Shown piece after piece: positions 45,450-59,063 of a stretch of DNA of 64,000 bases. A program made the translations under genes and the position numbers. This DNA is from Cirrosporium novae-zelandiae (taxonomy: Eukaryota). The notes under the pieces were generated by a model, which was not told the DNA's origin, searched no databases, and worked only from the letters and a program-made list of their open reading frames with translations. Numbering within the stretch: the first letter of the stretch is position 1; the number at the start of each line of letters is the position of its first letter. The stretch is from the NCBI GenBank assembly GCA_026023565.1, contig JAPETS010000020.1, positions 434,001-498,000 of the forward strand, in the 5' to 3' direction.

Positions 45450-48400
45450 TGGGATGGATGTTTCCCGTGCGATTGATTGATTGACTGTTAGTGGTGCGTG
45501 GCGGGTGTAGTCTGGAAGGTCGAGACTTTTTTTTTCAGCCCTCCTTGTAATTGCAGACAGACAAGACAGACATGAAATGAAATGTAAAACTTGTTTACTT
45601 GATTATTTTTCCCCCTTCTTTTTATTACATACTTCATTGGTGTTTAGAAGAAGAAAAAAGGCTACTTCAAACCATTTTTTTCGAAGTTTTGCAATGTTTA
45701 CTACAACAACAAGTAACGTGTACGTCAAACCTTTTTTTTTAAAAAAAATATCAATATTTGCTTTCTTCTTTTACGCTTTTTTGAAACCAAACTCTTTGTT
45801 CTTGTTCCTGTTCCTGAACGTAATAGCCCCTCTCCCCCCCCCCACACGCTTACGGGTCTTTTTCCTATGGTGGTGTATCGAGTATCAAGAATCCCCAAAC
45901 TTTCTCTCTCTCTATCTCTCTCCCTAATCACAAATCCTATCTCCTCCTCGTCCTCCTCGTGTTTGTCATAAATCTAATATCGATATCCCCTAAGACCTTA
46001 TGATCATGATCGTAATAACAAAAATAAAAGGCTTGGAAGGACTATAAAAAAACATAAACCTCCAAAATCCCTTTTCTCGGCTTTTTTTCCCTCATCTTTT
46101 CTCCTCAATCTCCTCGATATTTCTAACTATCTAGATGTTTAGATGTTAATCACCGCACCTTATCATGCCCCCCTCTCTCTGTGCCCCTCCCCCTCTCCCT
46201 ACCTCCATATCCCAAACTGTTAAAACTTACAAAACCTCATTTAAAAACAAAAAGAGGATATATATTGTTTATTGTTTATTATACCCCATCTTCTGTCTTG
46301 TGGGAAGTTTAAAATCTTGCATCCTATATAGTTTGGTTGGTTTGATTATATTGGGCGATTAGTTGATTTGTTGGTTAGTTGGTTGTGTTATTTGATATGA
46401 TGGATTTGGTGGATTTGGTTGGGGCTTTCTTCTTCTTCCTCTTTCTATAACAGGAAAGGAAAGGGGAAACAAAACTCACCTACTTACCTACCTCACGGGA
46501 CTTACTTACCTTACACCTCACACAACTCTCCCTGCACCAACCAACCTAAACTCCACACTCCCCCCCCCCCCTCTCTCTCTCTCATATGACCACAAAAAAG
46601 AACCAAATAAATTAAATATCAAAAACAGGATCCATGCGTGTATACGAAAGTAATCAAATAAGTTACGGATATAACCGAGGTGAAAGTATATAAAATCATG
46701 TAATAGAGTAATAGAAGTGTAGGTTATAGAATATAGAGTTATAAAGTATAGGGAAGTGGAGCGTTGTATCGAGGGTATTAGATGCATGTCAGTGTACATG
46801 TCAAATTAGAATTAGAAGTTTAAGCGATGGAGGATAAGGAAAGGTTGTGTGTAGGTTGTGTGTAGGTTATGTATATATGGATGTATCGAATGACTGACAG
46901 GTACCATGATACTATACCCGTCTCCCCCTCTCCTCTCCTCTCTTTCTCTCTCTCCAATAACCCAAGCTTTACTTTCCATACTTTACCTTCTAGACTTTAC
47001 CTTCCTTCATCCTCATTAAAAGAAAATACTTCCAACACCCGAAAGTAAAAAAATAAATAAGAAATTAGACTACCTCTGTAGATTTTAAGTTTCTTAGATT
47101 AAAAAATAGGATGTTTTTAAACGAAACAGAAACAGAAAGGAAAGAAAAGAAAGAAGGGAGTTGGAATTGGAGTTGGAGTTTGATGATTGATTGATTAATT
47201 AACTTTATATGTTTAGCCTAGGTGGTTTCTTTAACCATGTTTGTTTTGTTTTTGCCTACTTTAGACTTTACTTTACTTGACATTTCTTGTGTCCCTAGTA
47301 ACCTTGAACAACAATACGACGGTAATTAAATTACATGCCTAATTCCGTGTCCAATACAAATACACACACAATACAAACCCTTCCCTTTCCCCCGCCAAAC
47401 TGTTTTTTTTCTTTCCACAGACCACCCACCCACACCTCACCCAAGCAATACCAACACCACCAACACCACCAACCGGGCCTCCCATTCCCCCGACGACCCG
47501 CCTTAACCAAGACATTTTCAACGAAAATATAAACAAGGAATTCCCCCCATTCCCTTTATACTTAGCTAGGTAACTTACTTCTTGAAGGGACTAGAAGGGA
47601 CGGACGAAACTCCGATGGTTTTATGTATTTTTATTTTTATGTTTATGCACTTTAGTTAACCTTACATTGATACATAAGATACATATTAATTAAAGGATTT
47701 AAGCGAGCTTTATGCTTCTTCTTCCGGGGGTGGTGGGCGTGTGTAATAAGAATAGTAATAAATAACACTAGGTAACATACTGTGTATAAGAAGGCAAGAA
47801 CCTGAAAATTTCCTACTTTTGTAAACTACTTTACTTTCGTTTTTTCGATGACTGAGTTTTTTTGTTTTCTTCGTTTCTGGGGGTTTGCCACTCCTCTTGG
47901 GCGTAGCCGCATCTAAATACGAGGCATGAAGGAAGAAGGGATTGGAAACGGACGACCGTGATGCGATGCGATGCAATGTAAATGCCAATGCCACCCACAA
48001 GACTTCTTTCAGTTTATAACCGTTAAGCTGGCTTGTCGTACCCCCACCGGAGTTAGTTCAAAGTCCAGGCCACTCCAGCACTCCAATCCAGTTATATTCT
48101 CCATACAACCAGAAATAGCAATGGAAATACGAATTTGATGTGTCGTAGTAGTAGTAGTAGTTAAATGTAGTTGGTGAACCTTTTTTCCTTTCATATACGA
48201 GAAAAGGTGGGAAAGGTGAACATTAAAGCAAAAAAAAAAAGGGTTCTTGGCCCTTTTTTTTCTGTTTAGAGAGAACGAGGAAAAGAAAGAAAAAATAGAA
48301 TCTTGGTAAACTACGTAGAAGATGTCTTGTTTGTTGGCTTGTTGTGAATGGATGGTTAATGTCGTGATCTTCGTGATTGTGGAGGTGTTTTTTTGGTTTT

Positions 48401-48600
48401 GGAATTAGGGCTGCAGGAGAGAGGGGAACGTGGGAGGTTACGGATGAAATTGTTGGTATTTAACGTTATTTGTGCGTATTTGTTTTTGTTTGTATTAGTT
48501 TTGTATTTTGTATGAAGAATTACTAGTAATGACGTCATTATCAGTCATAATTATGGGAGAAGCACAGGCAAAAGCGTTAGTTTTCCGTACTTAACTTAGA
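45450..48600. repeat. ~3.1 kb microsatellite/homopolymer-rich non-coding island
   Basis: Poly(C) followed by (TC)n at ~46560-46583, (GTA)n at ~48145, (GATT)n, (GGAGTT)n and many A/T runs. Only low-complexity ORFs. Confidence 0.8.
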
Positions 48601-51600
48601 GAGAAGTGGCTTAAGAGCAGGGACCGCTGTGTTGTCGTCGCTCCCTCCTTGATTTAGTGCTGGATAACTCGCTATTAGCCTGATTTGAGATATTGCAATC
48701 TGCATTCTCAATTATAATTTATTAGATACTCTATCCCACCCACCTCTTTATACATGATACATTATATTGACTCCCGACATTGGATGCGGGGATCATGACT
48801 GCCTCATCGCAACCTAGATCCACCAGAAATACATCCCCTATCCTGATTTTCCACGTGGGGATCTTCTGATCCATTCGAAGGATGGGAAACCGCATCGGCA
48901 TTGGCTTCAGAGCCTCCTCTGTCGGTTTCAAAGGTACACAGCAGAGGCGAATGATGAACCATGGAACACGAGCATAGGCGAAGCCCTCAGCATGTTGCTG
49001 CAGATTGCTTGACAATTTACGCGCATGGATAACCCGTAGCCATATCGGATGGAAAGAGGGAGGGAGATATTAAGATCTGGGTTCCCCGCCTGTGTGGCGG
49101 TGTGTCGGCTTCCAAAGTCCTTCTGTCAGAAGATCTGTTCTAATCATAGGTCTGTCATTGACCAGATACCTGCCGCCACCCATCTGTGATCGGAATATTG
49201 TACACAGTAGACTTTATGAATTCTGTCATGCATATGTCGGACTTTAATTCCTCTGCTGGGTCCGAAAAGGGACCAGGCGGGGTGGAAGGACGAGCCTCTG
49301 GCATAAGGAGTTAAGACTCCAGAATCGGAAGGAGGTTATGCAACTTTGGATGTCTGAGGGGAAGCTCGTAAGCTGCTAGTCATTTCCCTCGCTATAAAAT
49401 TCCTATTTGCTGCTCATACTCATCCTACCCCTAACAAACGTTATTGTCGCAGAGAAAGGCCAAGATTTGCAGTCGATTCGAGAAGATTATTGTGAATTTC
49501 CTGCCCGAGCGCATTTCCTAGTGCTCACTCCGATACTCCGTTCTGGATTTGTGCACAGGGATTAGAGCAAGGATCCAGGATTCAGTAGACAGGCAAGTCA
49601 GTCAAGTAGAAAGTATTGGGGTGGCTGCTCATACATCCGACCCGAATGCGAAGTCTTAAAGTATCGTCGTGGATATGTTGGTATTGGAAGAGGTATTCAG
49701 TACCAAATACCAGGACGTAACATATGCTAGGTCAACGTTTCTTCAGAATTACATCCAGATGCGGTACTGTAGAGCCAAGGCGCCATGGCGGCCATAATAT
49801 CCCATAGTCTGTAGACAAGCCGGGGAAATCGGATAGGCACATAAAATCGCATTCTCTAACGGGTTATAGATGACAATCGAGGAGGACTATCTGTGTGCTC
49901 TACACCATACAGAGTGAGTGGTTGATACTTGACTATACGTTTGACTATGGCCGTGCTATTGGGTCGGCTAGATAGCCTTTACATAATCGATGACAGGCTT
50001 TTTGCGATAATCAATAATCAGATTGTCAAGAGCATTGCCATGGATGATGGATGACGGATGATGAAGCGATGTTAGTTATGTGGTGAATGGAAAGCAGGTC
50101 CTTTCCATGCAGAGCATAAAGGGGTACGGATTTAACCAAAGTAGTTAATATCCATGAGACACATTGGATGATGGTCATGACAGTTCCCCATTAATAGTCG
50201 GTTAGAAAGAATCAGGAGAGTATGATATTTCTCCACAACCCAATGGGATTTGTCTGTTCCTGAGGCTCTGATGTAAGATCTTAAAGTTACATCTGGAGTT
50301 TCCGGGAAGCCACGGCTAATCTAAGCGAGCTGAAGTTTTCCCGGTATCTCCATCAGGAAAGGCTTCCAAGTTCCACTTTATTGTCAATAAATGCTTAGAA
50401 ATGCTAGAATAACATTATCCTTCAAAATTGTTGAATGGTGTAGTTTCACAATACTTTAACATTGGCAAACACCTTGAGTAAATCGATGTATAGACTAACC
50501 AAAGTCCAACCGAGTATTTTGGACCTAGCTACAGGTCAAAGCATATCACCAAATAGTTATATGCTTAGCTCCAAAGTAATTATCTTCAATGTTGGCCAGT
50601 ATATCATCATCGTTCCGATAGTCAGCTCAAATGAACAGCTGGTCAATGCCACAGCCGCTGAACCAATAGGATAACCAAATTCACTGCTAAATTATGTCGC
50701 GTTTTCGTTCCTCTGACCACAACCTTCACTTGCCACCAGAGGATTGCAGTAGACAACTTGTGTTAAGGGTAAAATGGTCATCTATTAGCTATGTATTATC
50801 TAGTGCATCGTTAGAACTTTGTGGCGGACCGTGCCGCCAAACTGATGTCAATTTAGAACTATTTCAGGGATACTAGCTGTCAAAACTGATAAGTGTTCCT
50901 GACTAGAGGCCCCGGATCGCTAACTGGTAAAGGTGAAAGAGGTGGAAAGCATGTCTATCGTGACTGGCGTTCTTCGAACAAAATCCAGATCTGGAGTCAG
51001 GTCTTGAAACGCGAGGGAAGCATAAATTTAGATTCTGGAAGTTTTAGGAAAGTAAATCTCCAATTTGATACAGCAGTCTCCCTAGTTGACTTTAAGGCTA
51101 GATGGATTATCAGAAGGGTAATCCATGATCCATGGCTGGGTACCATGGCAAGTACGAGCATATTTGCGGGAGTTCTTTCACTGTACTTGGTACTAGCTGT
51201 GAAGCCATGCCTCTAGATATGGGAGAAATGGGAGAAATGTGAAGGGTTGCCATAGACGTGGCAATGACAACAAAGCAGCAGCTAGTAGAAAAGGCATGGC
51301 AATGAGCTCATAGTTGGTTATAAACAGTCCAAGATGGACTGAGGTTGAATTTAGAGTCTTGGCTAAGGGGTAGGCGGTATTGTATTTTACACTAGCGTAT
51401 TACCGCCAAACAGTAAAATAGTAACTGTTCGTATGACGTTGTTATCGACACTAAGCATACGAGACCATACCAGATAGAAAAGTACCGGCATATTAGACGT
51501 CAAATAACGCCAGTAATTATTGCACAAAGTAACCTTTTCACTAAGGGAAGGATCCTTCAACCTAAAGCACCTTTTTTCGACGTTTCTAATGTTTCCAATA

Positions 51601-52832
51601 ATGGCTAAACACCCTGCCATGCCAAATGCTAAATGTTACATGCTTCTTTCAATATGCGGAAATATCCTTTGAGACATTACAAAACGCTGGAGGAGAAACA
51701 AAAGTTGCGATGAGCGACACGTGGTGTGCATCGGCGTTGCAGACAGATCTTTCTATGAACTTTACGATCCCATGGAAGAATATTCCATCAAGCATGGGCG
51801 ATGAATAATGAAAATGCATGCATACACTGCTTCCCTGCTGGGGGATTACCAACCAGGGTATCATTAAGGTAAGATGATTAGGTTCTAAGGTTACATGTAT
51901 AAATAGTGGGTTTCTTATTGTCTCGTATGAATAATGAATTACCCCGATTGGGGATTTGCAATAGAGTTCCTTGCATCTCATTCAGGATAAACAACAGGGT
52001 TCTCCACTTTGATCGCAAGGACCTGCGCTTTCGGCACGAGTCAGATACATGGTGCCAAGACATAGAACCCGAACAATAAATTCTTGGCTACCCTATGGAG
52101 AACAGCTTTCTCTTGTTACTACAGTCGGGGTCTTGATGAATACGAGCTCTCAGATGATATGAGCATTTGGGTAATATCCATATGCACCGCCATTCTTCCG
52201 CAAAATTCTCTTCACATTGCGAGAGATCGATAGGTCTGGAGGAGCAGGCGGTTGGACATGATGAGGCAGGGCTTTTTGGAAATACGATCAGCGCCTGATT
52301 CCCCAAGCTAAGAGTAACATTAAACGGCTTGTCTCGTCAAATATTCTGTTGCACAGCATCTACATACATGCGTGGAAATACTTGTATAGTGTTGGCTGAA
52401 GTCAATACTGGTCATGAGCGGATGCAGGTTCTACTTCTCGGCGGTTCCACAGTAGACCGTGGCCTTTCATTTCCATTATTGTGTCTTGACTCATAAGGTA
52501 TCTTAGATGAAATAGAAATGTAGTATTACAATATTGGTAATCCCCTATTCATAATTCGAGTTCTCTTCCAAAAGTTCCAATATACAGGCCATTCGGTGTC
52601 GAGTTTTCCAATATTTCCTAGCGTCTCTTCCGAAAGATATCCGCCCACCTATACCATGAAAACTCCCTAATCTCCAAGATCACTCCCTTGTAGTAATTTT
52701 CGAAACCTGTAGAAATGTAGGCGGACCATGGGTGATGTACCTTGAACACCCAAGCAGATATGATGGCAGATATGATGCACATACATCGTAGGAAACACTG
52801 GTCTGTCGACTGAGTTTCTTTTCCATTTTCCG

Positions 52833-53846
52833 TCATGAACATTCAGTTACCCAATTGTCCAAATCCATATTTTTGATAACAGTTGAGAAATTAGTGGCCT
52901 GGGAGCTGCCGCAAACATTGTTTTTCTGTGATACGGTGATATGGGGTGCAGAGGAAGGATACTCGATGTGAAATACTGGCTTGTTCTGCTGGATGAACGG
53001 GTCGTAGGTATCGCATTCATCATACTGAATACATTGTTCGTTGACAGACCATTGCATCCAGTTGATGACATCAGGAATGATATCTCCAGCATTTTTAAGC
53101 CCAATAGACATGTTCCGCGAATGAGCCCCATTGGCAAGAAATTTCATATAGTTGATCGAGTCATCCTCGGTCAGGCCCAAGCCATTCGAATTATCGTAGC
53201 CATCGACATTGTCAGGATCCACTCCGTCGCAGTTTTTTGATACGGCCAGGTCCAGGCGGTCAAGCATAATGTTCCGGACGTTGTTCGAGTTGATATCAAG
53301 CCATTTCTCATTTGCCCAGCCATCAAGAGTCTTTCCCAAGTCTGACTTCTTGAACTTGTCCTTGTCGGGACGCCAATTCTCATAAGAGCCAGCAGAGAAA
53401 TAGCAGATGACTTTGCGGTTTTGCGAGTGAAGTTGGTCGATTATAGAAGCATTATTGATGAAGAGATCAATATCCCAAACAGTGGCATCAACATCAGTAT
53501 CATTGAGAGGGTATAGTAGTTCAATCTGCCATGTTGCCTTGACTTCAGGCTTCCAAAAGGTTCCATTTACAGCGGTTGTGTTTCCGGATGTTGGGCTGGT
53601 GGTCGAGCCGCCCTCGTTATCATTACCCGACGAGCTTCCCCTAGTCAGTCCTATGCCCAATCCTATTGTCAGGGCAGCGATAATGACAATAAGAAGGACA
53701 CATCCGGCAATCTTTTGCCACGTTGGCCGGCGACTCCACCAGGTAGATTTGGAATTTTTGTCATATGCAAAAGCCATATTCTGGTAGCTCTCTTCGTCCT
53801 TGGGATTATGATGTAACATGGAAGAAAACAGATTGTAAGAAGACAT
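52833..53846 (-). CDS. ega3: GH114 endo-alpha-1,4-polygalactosaminidase with N-terminal TM anchor
   Basis: TM helix, then FWKP..TWQIEL, WDIDLF, KVICYFSAGSYENWRPD, CDGVDPDNVDGY, IGLKNA, VNEQC and KPVFHIEYP. First in-frame ATG at 53846. Confidence 0.9.
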   Translation of the reverse strand: MSSYNLFSSMLHHNPKDEESYQNMAFAYDKNSKSTWWSRRPTWQKIAGCVLLIVIIAALTIGLGIGLTRGSSSGNDNEGGSTTSPTSGNTTAVNGTFWKPEVKATWQIELLYPLNDTDVDATVWDIDLFINNASIIDQLHSQNRKVICYFSAGSYENWRPDKDKFKKSDLGKTLDGWANEKWLDINSNNVRNIMLDRLDLAVSKNCDGVDPDNVDGYDNSNGLGLTEDDSINYMKFLANGAHSRNMSIGLKNAGDIIPDVINWMQWSVNEQCIQYDECDTYDPFIQQNKPVFHIEYPSSAPHITVSQKNNVCGSSQATNFSTVIKNMDLDNWVTECS

Positions 53847-54349
53847 ATAGGGATGGAAATAGAGGGGCCAGGCTGGAATTAAAGTGCAAATATGGTTGCT
53901 TTGTCCCCGAGATTTGAGGCAACAGTGGATCAGATACAAGGATAGTTGGACGCCGGGTAAAGAGCTGATGAAGGATAGCAAAAACTAGTTATAAATGAGA
54001 GGATTATCTGGCTGTAATGGGCCAAGAAGTTGAATATTTAAGGGCAAAACGATAACAAAGTATTGTTGTTGCTAATGATAACGAAAGAAATGTCCGAAAT
54101 TGGAATGCGCATTGGAAGGAAATGCGAAAAAGATGGGGTGATGGTCCCGTTCAAATGCGATGGAGGATTTGAGGGCTTTGAGGGCTTGGAGGGCTTGGAG
54201 GTCTTCATCTCGGGTGCTATAACCCCCGAATAGTTGAGGCTGTGTTGTTGTTCTGCACCCAACCAAAATTGGTAGCCAAAGAAAGCCCAAAGGTTCAAGC
54301 CCTAGGACCACTTGCATGAAGCCGTTTCGCAGTTGGGAACAAATTCAGG

Positions 54350-54385
54350 GCCGAGGTCGAGGGGGTCGAGGGGGTCGAGGGGTCC
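54350..54385. promoter_or_regulatory. Tandem GAGGGGGTC repeats giving three AGGGG (STRE-like) cores upstream of ega3
   Basis: ccgaggtcga gggggtcgag ggggtcgagg ggtcc. A separate 9-nt TGAGGGCTT-like repeat lies at ~54170-54205. Confidence 0.3.
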
Positions 54386-55000
54386 ATCGGCATTCTTTGC
54401 CCGAACTAAACTTTTACTTTCAAACGGCTGCCTATGAGACTACATTTTATTAGACTATTGCACTACTTGAAGGAGAAATTTAGCCAAGCTGAATGAATCA
54501 TTAGATCCGAGTCAATATTCCCCTTAACGGCCAGCTCCACTGCATTCTAACCCCAACAACGTCCTGGCGTGCCTGATTGACCTGGTTTTGAGACAAAGCT
54601 TCTGAGATGGCACTAACTTTATCCCGACTTCAACCTTTCAATATTTACAGGTGCAGGGGACTGGGCTGCCTTTACATCTATCCATGTATCGACCTCACAT
54701 CGCTATCCGCCACAAACTCTAGACCGCTCATCTGGAATACGGATGTCCGGTCATCTGATGTTTCCACCATCCACCTATTACTTTCAGCTTCTTCAGTTAG
54801 CCCGTCATCTTATTTTCCAATGTCAACATGGCTTCCTGCGAAAAATCATATATAATTCATACTATAGATACCTATCTATTACTGAGGACAGAGGGCATAC
54901 AGGCGCTATCCAACCCAATTGTAGCTAGTCACCATTTGCCATAAAACATGAAACACTTTGAAGCACAAACTAAAATACACAATTGGCCAAAGCCACAATC

Positions 55001-57435
55001 TTAGATAGCAATAGGTGTCTGAAGGGTGAACGAGACAGCGGACCCAGACATCTTAACCCAGATGGTCAGAGGGTCACTGCCCAGTTGTTCGGTGGTGAAG
55101 CCTTGGGTGCTGGTAACTGGTCCAGGAAGGGTCACAGGTACAGTAGCACTGCAAGTGTTACCATTCGTAGATAGTGTCACCCCCGTAATAGCAGTCGGCT
55201 TTGTGGAGCTACCCGATCCCGAAGTGCTGAAGGTATAGCTCAAGGCTGGAGTACAGGCATCTCTCGTAATGCGGTTGGCAAAGTCTGTAGCAATATCATC
55301 ATGTTTGAGTGTAATGATTGGCCAGTTGACTAGCCTCACCATCTCTTGCACGATCGTTTCCACCCAAATTTGGAGAAGAGAATACTGGCCACTGACTCCA
55401 TTGACAGTGGTCGAAGAAACATCAGATTGGCGTAAATTGGCTTGATGGAACATATAAGGAGCATGGCTAAGTGAGAGCAGGTGCCTGGTGTTGGTGGTCT
55501 TCTCGATAGCCATGAGGTTTTCAAACCCTCCGGAACCAGCAGAAGTAGCAACCCATTCTGTGTAAGTGCAGTTGGGAAGATCACAGTTATAGTAGATGGC
55601 CGTTGCCCAGCGGGGAGTAACTTGATATCCATCATATCCGTTAGCTGCCACCGTTGTTATATAAGGCCAGTTTCCATTTTGCTACAGACTTGTTAGCCGT
55701 CGTACAATAATTGGCACGAAGGGTGAGGCAAACCGAATTCATAAGAACGGGGCGAGTATTATCTCCAACGGCATTACTCAAGCCATTATCATGCCAAGCT
55801 TGGAGAACATCCCCATTATGCAACCCAGTGATTGCAGGAGGAATAAGGCCTTTACTACTAAAGTGTGTTGCGGAGGCAAACCCAGTTTGATTAAGCCATG
55901 CTTGATTAAACTGGATCTCCTTTGCGGCATCACTATAAGTCGCATTGTTGAGCTCAAGGTGGGTAAAGGTGTGGCTAACGAAAGCGAAAGTATCTCGATT
56001 ACTGGTGGTAGCCAACCATGTCTCAAGCGCATCAGCTCGGACACATGTGGTTGAGTAGCCATATACTGTTGGCGTCGTGGGCCAAACATTAGTTCCAGAC
56101 CCGAGGGGCTTTTGGAACTCAAGCGGAGTGTCTATTTGGTCAGCGTACTCAATGGCTCCAGGTGAGCATCGGGTTCCAGTGGTGTCGGAATTATCGGAAT
56201 TCTTAGAGCGTTAGCTGACAAGCTGCTGAACGAGGATAATGAGAAATGTTAGGAGATACCTCAATGTTTCCATTACCATTAAGCCCAAGCTCAACAAAAT
56301 AGCTACTGCCTTTATTCATTTTGCCGTTGATAGTAGTAGTCCATGTCTTATGCGTGGCGAGATCGCTTGGGCGAACGCGGAATGTTGTTCCATTTGGAGT
56401 ATAGAGGTCTGTTTCAAGAAACACATCATCGACTATCACTAGGGTTAGCAATGAGAATAAAGAAGAATGGTTGAAGCCACGTACTTTGAGTGCCAAGGTA
56501 TACTCGTCGATAGCCAGTGTCTATCAGTATTGTCAGTAACACAAGGTTGAGTTCCAAGACGTCGCTTAATCTTACATGTTGAACGAGTAGCCCATGTAAT
56601 CCACGTATGAGCAAGGAAGTTAGAGGTTGCACTCCAGGTCATTCCGAAACTGGTGAAGAAGACCATCTAGAAAATCTCGTAAGCATTCCAAACCGGAAAA
56701 TTTCAGAGAGCCATATCACCTGTTGACGCCCCCCGATGTTGTTAATGACACCAGCGGTACTGTTTGATGTGAATTGCGTATTTGGTGCAAATTGCAGAAA
56801 CTCTGTAGCAATCGAACTATTGGTAATTGTTGCCGGGTAATGCCATAGTCCGGATGAGCTCATATTGGCCCATCTATATAAGATTAAATTAACAATGAAA
56901 GATCAGGTATGCATGTATCATCAAAGTGCACTTACGTCTTGAGGCCAGCTGCTGAAAAAGCGGTACCATTTGAGATTGAAATGTACTGTTCAACTCCTGT
57001 GTTGCAGCAACCTCCAAGTGGAGATGTACCGAAATCAGTGGAGGGGTACACATTCAATTGGACCATTCGAACACCATAGGCGATTTGATAGTTGTATAGA
57101 GTAGTCCATTGGCTTGAAGTCAGAGCACTTGCATATCCGCTGGTTGTTCCATTGGTATAGTCATAGCTGACTTGGGAAAGAACAACAATGGCGCCAAAGT
57201 TTCCAGTAGAAGTCGAGTTATCTGACAAGACAGGCAATGTTGTCCCGGTTTGGGGTACAGCAAGGACTTGATAAGGAATTCCATACCCGTCAAGTCCTAA
57301 TGTTGCATCTTGCGCTGCTGTGCTGTCTGTGGCAATGACGAGAACAGTTGCTTTCGTAGATAGACAATTGGCAAACGATATTAGGTACGATATTAAGGTC
57401 AAACAAACAGAGAATGAAAAGACTGAGGCAGCCAT
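55001..57435 (-). CDS. agd3: Secreted GAG deacetylase (CE18), multi-exon
   Basis: Signal peptide, YQIAYGVRMV, RVYLGTQ|IDDVFLET, SHTFTH, IPPAITGLHNGD, VGDNTRP, TPRWATAIYYNC, PYMFHQANLR and EQLGSDPLTIWV. Confidence 0.9.
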
Positions 57436-59063
57436 CTTGAGCTGGAAACAGACTAAACGAGTGTATAGAAAGATGTGGAGTCACAGTGTATCAACAGTAG
57501 AACGAATGACGGTGGCAGTAATGAGTCCTTCACCAAAAAGTGGAGGATCCACGCTGCAGATATAGTTATATAAAACATCGTAGAATGCATGTAAAATGCA
57601 CATCTAAGGGAGAATACGAGGAAAATTTCAATATGCCGTCTAGGCAAAGCCATCCCTTCAACCAGGGGATACCCTTCATGCCTCTTTTGGATGATTGCCC
57701 TGGATGCGCATTATTGACGGGGACTCCACGCGAGATTAACTTAGAATCTTTGCATCGAGGCCAACGCCCTTGGCTGTCCAGAAGTTCCAAAATGAGATGG
57801 AAACATGGTGAAAGCAAGTCCCGCCAATGCAGACTGCAGAAGGAGATTCTGTTGGTACGGAAACAAAGACTCGGTTTATGAGACCAGAGGCGTCCTTGAT
57901 AGGTCAAACAAAGGGTCGCCACATAGCAAAGTATCTTATCCTTGACGGCAGATTAAGGAAGGGAGATGACTATGTGGGGGAATATAGGTTAGGATATGGG
58001 CTCGATGGTGTCGCTAATTTTGTACTCGAGGTAGAGTACTTTCAATGCTTGCCGCTGCAGGCTGTAGGCCAAGATTATTACGAGCTGATTAACTACCAAG
58101 TATGGGCCGGCATTCCGAGACGATTGTTACAATACCCGTTAGTTTTTACAAACCATACATGTACTGTAATAAAACAACAGGGTCTTTAGCGGTATCTGTC
58201 AACCTTGCTCGTATCGTACCAAATGTAGCGCTAAAACGGCCGGGGATCGCTATGTACTGTAACCATTCTACTTCGGAATAGCCTTTCACCTTCTTTAGCC
58301 ATCTGCCAACCTCTCCAGCTTCCATTCTTCCACCACATGTATGTCTCTGATTGACACGCCGTAACCAACCTTCAATCGAGAACCCGATGCAGTCTTACCT
58401 GCAGTACTCTCCTTGGCCATTACGCTCGAACCTATTTGCTCCCCTGAACCTTGAAGCCGCCGGCCCCTGACCCGTGTCACGATATTTTCTTTCCCTCATT
58501 CGAGGCCATACTTCTTGCCTAGCTAACTCGTATGAGATGCGGATACATGTGGTCCCCTCGAGACTCGGGCACAGTAGTAAGCCTATGATGGGAAATCAAA
58601 GATGAACGTGTGAAAAGTAACACCCACATTAGTTCATAATGAATCTCGGACAAATGCTATTTTGGACAATTTGCACCCGCCACTTCTCTCTTGCTTGGCC
58701 CCTTGTTCCCCTCGTTTGGTCAAACGACGGTGACAATGTAATCATCGATGATAGACCGTCCTCTCCGAGGACCGAATTCAGATCGTGGGGATAGGCTAAG
58801 CAAACCCTGTTACTCTATACTAATAGAGCCTTTTCATTTTCTTGAATAGGCCTTAATGAAGGGACCTTCAAGCCGAGCTGCCACAGTAGCCCTCATTCTA
58901 TGGCATTATTCTTCATTCTCTACATTCCCCCACGTTTGGTCGTTTCTATATTCCCTTCTCATCACTCGTTGTAAATAACGTTCCCTTGCTTTACTGGGTA
59001 TTCCTACCATGGACACTTTGTCCTAATTTTCTTCACACTCGTTTGCGACATATAATCTTGACT

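Noticed and set aside
46474..46520. Dense cluster of 5' splice-site-like words (GTAAGT/GTGAGT) on the minus strand
   Set aside because: Explained by TACC/TTAC low-complexity repeats within the SSR island; no associated exon.
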